From assembly GCA_951406725.2 (NCBI GenBank), contig OX597829.1, positions 8,556,001 through 8,620,000 on the forward strand: a stretch of DNA of 64,000 nucleotides. The letters are read 5' to 3'. A program made the position numbers and the translations under genes. The notes under the pieces are model-generated. The model searched no databases, was not told where the DNA came from, and worked only from the letters and a program-made list of their open reading frames with translations. Every line of letters starts with the position of its first letter. Position 1 is the stretch's first letter. This DNA comes from Octopus vulgaris (taxonomy: Eukaryota). Shown piece by piece: positions 58,273 to 64,000 of the stretch.

Positions 58273-60973
58273 GCATTTATTTATATATATTATACAAAAT
58301 ATTTCGCATTAACCCGGAGTTTCTACCTTAAAAAAACAAGTAGATACGCCCTTTTTAGTTATGTGATTTTTTGATACCTTGGTAACTGTGTCTATCTATT
58401 TTTCCGTGTTAATTGTAAAGAAGGGGAAAATATACACACAAACACACACACATAAACACATACACACACACGAATATGGTCTTACCACTAATCGTATATA
58501 ATTCTGCAAATTGTATTTGCAATGACGATCATGCTGATGAGCTACGGACAATTGCGTAAGTAATCTGTGTAAGTGTTAATAGCGAAATTAGTTTATGATT
58601 AATCCATATTTTATTTCTTTTCTTTTGTCTTGCTCGCTTATGTTCTGGCGTTTGCTAAATTTTCTTAAGAATATTCCTTTCTTAGTGGTAAGACCGTAGT
58701 GGATCTACTTCTAGCATAATGGATGTCCACGTAGTGGTCATCCCTGTTATATGTATGTAATACAATTTTTCTGAATCTTCAGATTTTAAGATGCTAGACA
58801 TTGGTTTTTAATTGATACTAATCAAATTAATATTCAGTTTTTCCCCTTTATTATTTTAAATTTTATATATATATGTATATATAATTAAAGAAGAATGTAA
58901 AAGCATTACAAATGATATATCATAATCAATTCATAATTGTTTACAAATATAGCAATGGCCGAATATGTAATATATGTACATACATATACATACATACATA
59001 CATACATACACACATACACACATACATACATACATACATACATACATAATACATACATACATACATACATACATACATACATACATACATACATACATAC
59101 ATACATACATACATGCGTCAGACTTTTAGGGTTTCCGTGTACGAAATTCGCTCACAGGACGTACTTAGATATGTCTGGAAGTTTAATCGTTAATGAGTTT
59201 GACCACTTTCCAAACTCAGTAGGTCCATGTAAATGTTCCGAGACTGAAAGAAATTCCTGTGTGTGAATTTGTTTTAAGTGGATAAAGCTTTGCACTGCAC
59301 TGAATCCAATTTTCAGCTCAATCAGTTATAAAGCCATGGCATGACAGGCGAAGACGTCCAGATTGCACATAAGGCTCTTCCTCTCTCCCTTCTCCTGTAA
59401 GTATCGATCCTAAATGCACTACTGCAAGAGTTGAAGGTTTTAAGGGGCATCCCACAAGAACAAGGATACAGAAGGTCCCTGTATGATTATGCGTCTGACA
59501 ACATCGAAACAGTGTCGGGTACTAAACAAATAAAGGAGATCTGCACTATTCTAAGGAAATACGAGATAGAGATAGGATCAAAAAGTAACAAGGAGAAATC
59601 ATTGGGCCCGCAGGTCGGCAGCTAAAGAGACAGGTATAACTGTTAAATATATTGGGGTTTGTGTTGGTCCAGACCTCTGGGTGGACAAGAACCGCGAAGA
59701 AGAGATGAGCAAGGGGACTTTTTTCATCCAGAAATAGGCTTTGAAATGCTAAGGAGATATGACGAATACCATTAACACACTCGTTATCTACTACTACCTG
59801 ACCGTCGTGGCTTGCTCTGCTTTATGGCTCAGCGGTATGGAAGAAATGCTCTCCAGCTTTCTGTGAAGGGATGTACACCAGCTATATGGAGGAGTAAATC
59901 ATCTGCCGTGATAAATCATGTTCAGATATAGTCGCCATTTGTTAGACTCACTTTTCTGTAGTTAGTCTGTCACACCTGCATTCCCGCAACAAACGTAGAC
60001 CACGACAGGGTGGTTGGAACCTATGGTGCTAGCAGTTGGTAAATGTTCCACCGTGGCTTTCTATAGGTTATAGCGACCACGACCTCAGGGTAACTTTGAA
60101 TACCGATGAAACTCAACTGGTTGTTCTTTTCCAGAAGAATTTAGAGCTGGAGACGATGGAAAATATCAGGAAGTCACTGTTCTGGCAGTGATACTAGGAG
60201 GGTGGTGAACTTACCGGTTTGGGATAAACTCAATAGGCATGGGAGTGCTGTCAACCGCACCAGCTTTAGATGCACGTTGAGCGACGAAACCATCCAGCAC
60301 GCACATCTACAATGCTTGGGCATTTCTGACTGGCGGATTTACATTATTGTGTATGGGACGGAACCAGCTATCGGACGACTCCATAGTAAAGATCATCACA
60401 TTCCCTTCTTTGCCTGGGAAGGGCTGGCAATTTTCGTCTGTCAGGTGGCTATGAAGAAACAAGGTCTTGTGGTTGATGCTTATAAAATAATTGAAGACGG
60501 ACACATTCAGTTTTTTTTATCAATCCTTGATCGTGATTTTACAAGTTCCACTTGAAAAAAAAAATGAATGTGGAGAGGAAGACACTGTATTCGTCCCACA
60601 CCTGTCTCATAATGAGTAAATTTGTTAATGGTTCGCTGATTCTAGTGAGAATGACCCGAGAAAGAGAACCTACACTAAGCATGCCCTTGTGGGTTGAAAA
60701 TTATGGAAGAAAGAGGAGCGTTTTCCATGGTACTCCTGGTAAAAGACGGATAAATTGGGATCTGTGTGACACTTGCTCTTCCCTAGATGGCGTTTCCACC
60801 CTTTTGCAAATTATAATATTCTTTTAAATTATTATTGTTTTTATAATGTCCCCATGTTTATATAAATCCCTACCTTCTTAGTATTGTCCTAAATGTTTTT
60901 TCCCCCAATAAAGAAATTATTATTACCATTATTGTTGTTGCTGTTGTTTTGTTGTTGCTGTTATCATTATTTA

Positions 60974-61180
60974 GGCAGCGAGCTGACTGGATTGATAGCG
61001 CGTCGAACAAAACACTTAGTGGCATTTCTTCCAGCTCTTTACCTCCTGAGCTTATATCAAATTTACTTTTCACCCGTTCGGAATCGATATGATAAAGTAC
61101 TGGTCACATACTGGCTTCAATGTAATTGACATGATTCCCCCTCCCACACTTTTAAAACTGCTTACTTTGCGCCAAAATTA
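60974..61180 (+). mobile_element. tRNA-type SINE (family 1), decayed
   Basis: ggcagcgagctgactgga...tttacttttcacccgttcggaatcgatatgataaagtactgg. Confidence 0.55.
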
Positions 61181-61899
61181 GAATTAGTACTACTTCCGTG
61201 GTCGATAATATAAACAACCGATAAAATACATGGCTCAATATAATCGATTAAGCCCCTCCCTACCAAATTTCTCATTCTATATTTGAAATTTTGATTATTA
61301 TTTCCTTAACATGGAGAAAGATATGTACTTACATTCAGATATAACATACTCCTGACGATGCATGGTAATTAACCCCTTGTGTCTTTTTATCTATTTTAGT
61401 AATATTTTCACATCAACGAAAATTTAGACATTAGTTTCACGGTAAATATTTATTTTCCCCCTCATTCACGTATAGTTAAAAATTAACATATCTATAATTT
61501 ATCCCTATTTAAACCATCATCACATCGTTGGATATTATTTTAAGGGTAAGAATATCCATATATGCACTGATATCAAGAATTTTATAGAATGAAGAAATGC
61601 ATCATTGATTTATATTTTTTTCTGAATAAGATTGTTACAATCATCATTCCAAGTTGATTGGTAACCGGGATCCTGGACGAAGGGATGTGCTTTTCTTTTT
61701 TACTTATCTTATTCACTATAATGATATTTAACTTGTTCTGTTTTTCTCCATCCGTCTGTCTTACTGCCTGTCTGTTTATCTGCCTATTTAAGAATATTTA
61801 GTTCAGCACAAACTAGTTGAAAATAGATATCATAGTGTGAATGCAGTTGACCGATAGAATCAGCATGAGCTCTGATAAATTAATAATTGTTTACTTAGT

Positions 61900-62330
61900 A
61901 TCAGTATTGAGTTAAATTAAACCCAATACACCGATGTAGGCAACGGTGAACTAGTCCCGTGTATCCTTGAGCACAGAGGACAAAGTTGTGAAAAATCATC
62001 AGATATCTAAACTGTTTTCATCTCCTTTAATAGACAGAGATGGTTTGGTGATTCAATAGCATGAAGAACATCTTTAAAATTTTACGAGAACTTAAATTTT
62101 CCATACTATATTGCTAACTTGTTTCCTTAAACCTTCTTCCCTCATATTCTCAGCTGTTCTCAAAATAATAACTGTCTGTGTTCTAGTGATGCAATCTATT
62201 TCTCGCATCACATCACTGACTTTCATCTTTCAAAAGCTATGTTGAGGTTCCACACCATATGTTGCGATATATTCTATTCTTCTAAATCTCCAAATCTTAA
62301 CTCTGAAACTGATATCTTCTGCACACATGC
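61900..62330 (-). mobile_element. Possible very old CR1/L2-type RT C-terminal relic
   Basis: Weak frameshifted EY...VWN and YE..RL-like text only. Confidence 0.25.
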
Positions 62331-63329
62331 GTTCCTCGCTCAAGAAAAAATACAAAGTTAAAATTTATTTAATGTAGATTCTGTACCTAATATTAACATT
62401 ATTTGCATAAATGAATTTATTTTGTATTTCGTTATGTAATCTTTAAAATAAATGCTTGCATCCAGTTACATACCTTATAATCTTAAATCTAAGACATCCA
62501 CCGGCAGTTATTATTGGAATTTTGTATTGAGAAGTCACCGTTTTTCTTTTTGTGTTGTCTTCATGTGTTCTAGCATAAACCACTTACAATACCACCTAAA
62601 GAAGTAATTGGAATGGCATTAGTCATCCGAAATCTTACCTCACTATCATGAACAGTATGAAATATCAAGACACAAGTATTTCGAACAAAATTATTTTATC
62701 GACTTGAGTGTAGAGGTTTGTAACTCTACGTGAAAACAATCTTGTAGTCCATTAGTGTATTTACTTTCTTTATTACTTATCTAAGAAGAACGTAGGGGAG
62801 AAGAAACGGCAGTTCAGCAAACCGATGGGCTAATTGTCTTGTGATAATTAGTTACAACCCTTTAGCTTCTCGAAATACTATCACGACTGGCTAGTTTCCA
62901 CGTACTATGTAATCGATGTAATCGATTTAAATCGCTTCCCGTCAATATTTAGAAATGTTAGAAATTATAATTACAAAAGCAAAAATTTAAAAAGATTGCC
63001 TCTAGATTTCACTTGCGTTTTTAGTCTACCAAAGTCACTACAGTTAATTCTAACGTCAGCTGCTACAGGCTCAAGCCTGCAAAGAAGTAGCCAGAGTATT
63101 AGTATAATAGAAAACAATAGAATGAGTAGTTTGTTATGCAGTTATTTAGTGTAAGAATTTTAAAAGAAAACGTACATACACTGTACGAGTAGACAGTTGT
63201 ATGTTTTTATTAATGTTCGCTTATAGAGTATCTTGTTCCTCTGATCATATGTGTGCAGTGCATAAGGGCTCCATTTTGTGTGTGTATGCGTGAAGCCATA
63301 GCGAATTTTCATCTTATAGTCAGGAGAGT

Positions 63330-63640
63330 GCCCATGGTCGATTTCAGGACCATCAAGAAATGTGGGAGGAAGGAAACTTTTCTGAAATCGAAAACTTGGC
63401 TCGAATAAAGAAGACCTTGTTAAAAATATCCTAGCTATCAAGAGGTAGTGTAACACCACATGACTAGTTAAGTGTACCACTCGAGTAAGCCATGGTGAGA
63501 TATGAACTAAGAACACAAACAGCCAAAACAAACAGCGAAAGCCATCCCACCCGCAAATCAATCTCGGAGAGGTGACCAAACACGAGAATGAGCGTCAAAA
63601 TTGACCTAGGTAGAGTGTAGAGATTTGCAATATAAATTCC
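63330..63640 (+). mobile_element. Possible very old Chapaev-type transposase relic
   Basis: NKEDLVKNIL and NLGEVTKHENERQN loosely resemble NY..LV..ML and NLGAVSDEHGERFHQ. Confidence 0.25.
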
Positions 63641-64000
63641 ACTAATCATTCTATTCCATATCCTACAATCTGCAGTTGTTGTTGTTGCAGCTGCTGTTGT
63701 TGTCGCTGTTGTTGCCCTCCTCCTCCTCCTTCTTCTCCTCCTCCTCTCTTTCTCTTTCCCTCCCACTCCCTCTCTCTCGGAATTGGCTACGTTGCACCGT
63801 GAGGACCACTCAGTTCTTAAACGTTTCGAAAGTGCTATATTTCTGAAACCGTCGGAGGAGGGTCTGATGTGCAAAGCTTTATGAGAAATAAAGAAAGAAA
63901 AATAGTAATATTCTTGTCCCAGCTGCCACTTATTCAATTTCTGTTTCATGTCTGTTAGAGTCTCTGAAACGAAAAGTGACTCCTTAATACTTCAATATTT

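Noticed and set aside
59200-60830. Old LINE RT relic on the minus strand
   Set aside because: Only vague similarity, with no identifiable catalytic motif.

Overview
AT-rich, microsatellite-saturated animal DNA with no recognisable host gene. The mix of (TA)n/(TACA)n/(TTA)n repeats, SINE types and R4/Dong plus Penelope relics looks like a cephalopod (Octopus-like) genome; this is an inference. The window contains: (1) several decayed families of RLE-endonuclease non-LTR retrotransposons (R4/Dong-like, two near full length at ~1.3-5.1 kb + and ~12.8-16.3 kb -), nested in (TAA)n tracts; (2) four copies of an unclassified ~550-bp non-coding element that also sits only in (TAA)n; (3) several Penelope-like element (PLE) relics and more than a dozen hammerhead-ribozyme-like motifs; (4) tRNA-type SINEs, a Helitron helicase fragment and other relics. 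The most striking structure is at 33181-34946: a near-identical 363-bp tandem array with one minimal type-I hammerhead per unit (U3-A8 core variant, palindromic stem III), ending in a ~470-bp fold-back. This is a retrozyme-like element. Most ORFs in the supplied track are microsatellite artefacts. Boundaries were read by eye, and those of decayed TEs are approximate.
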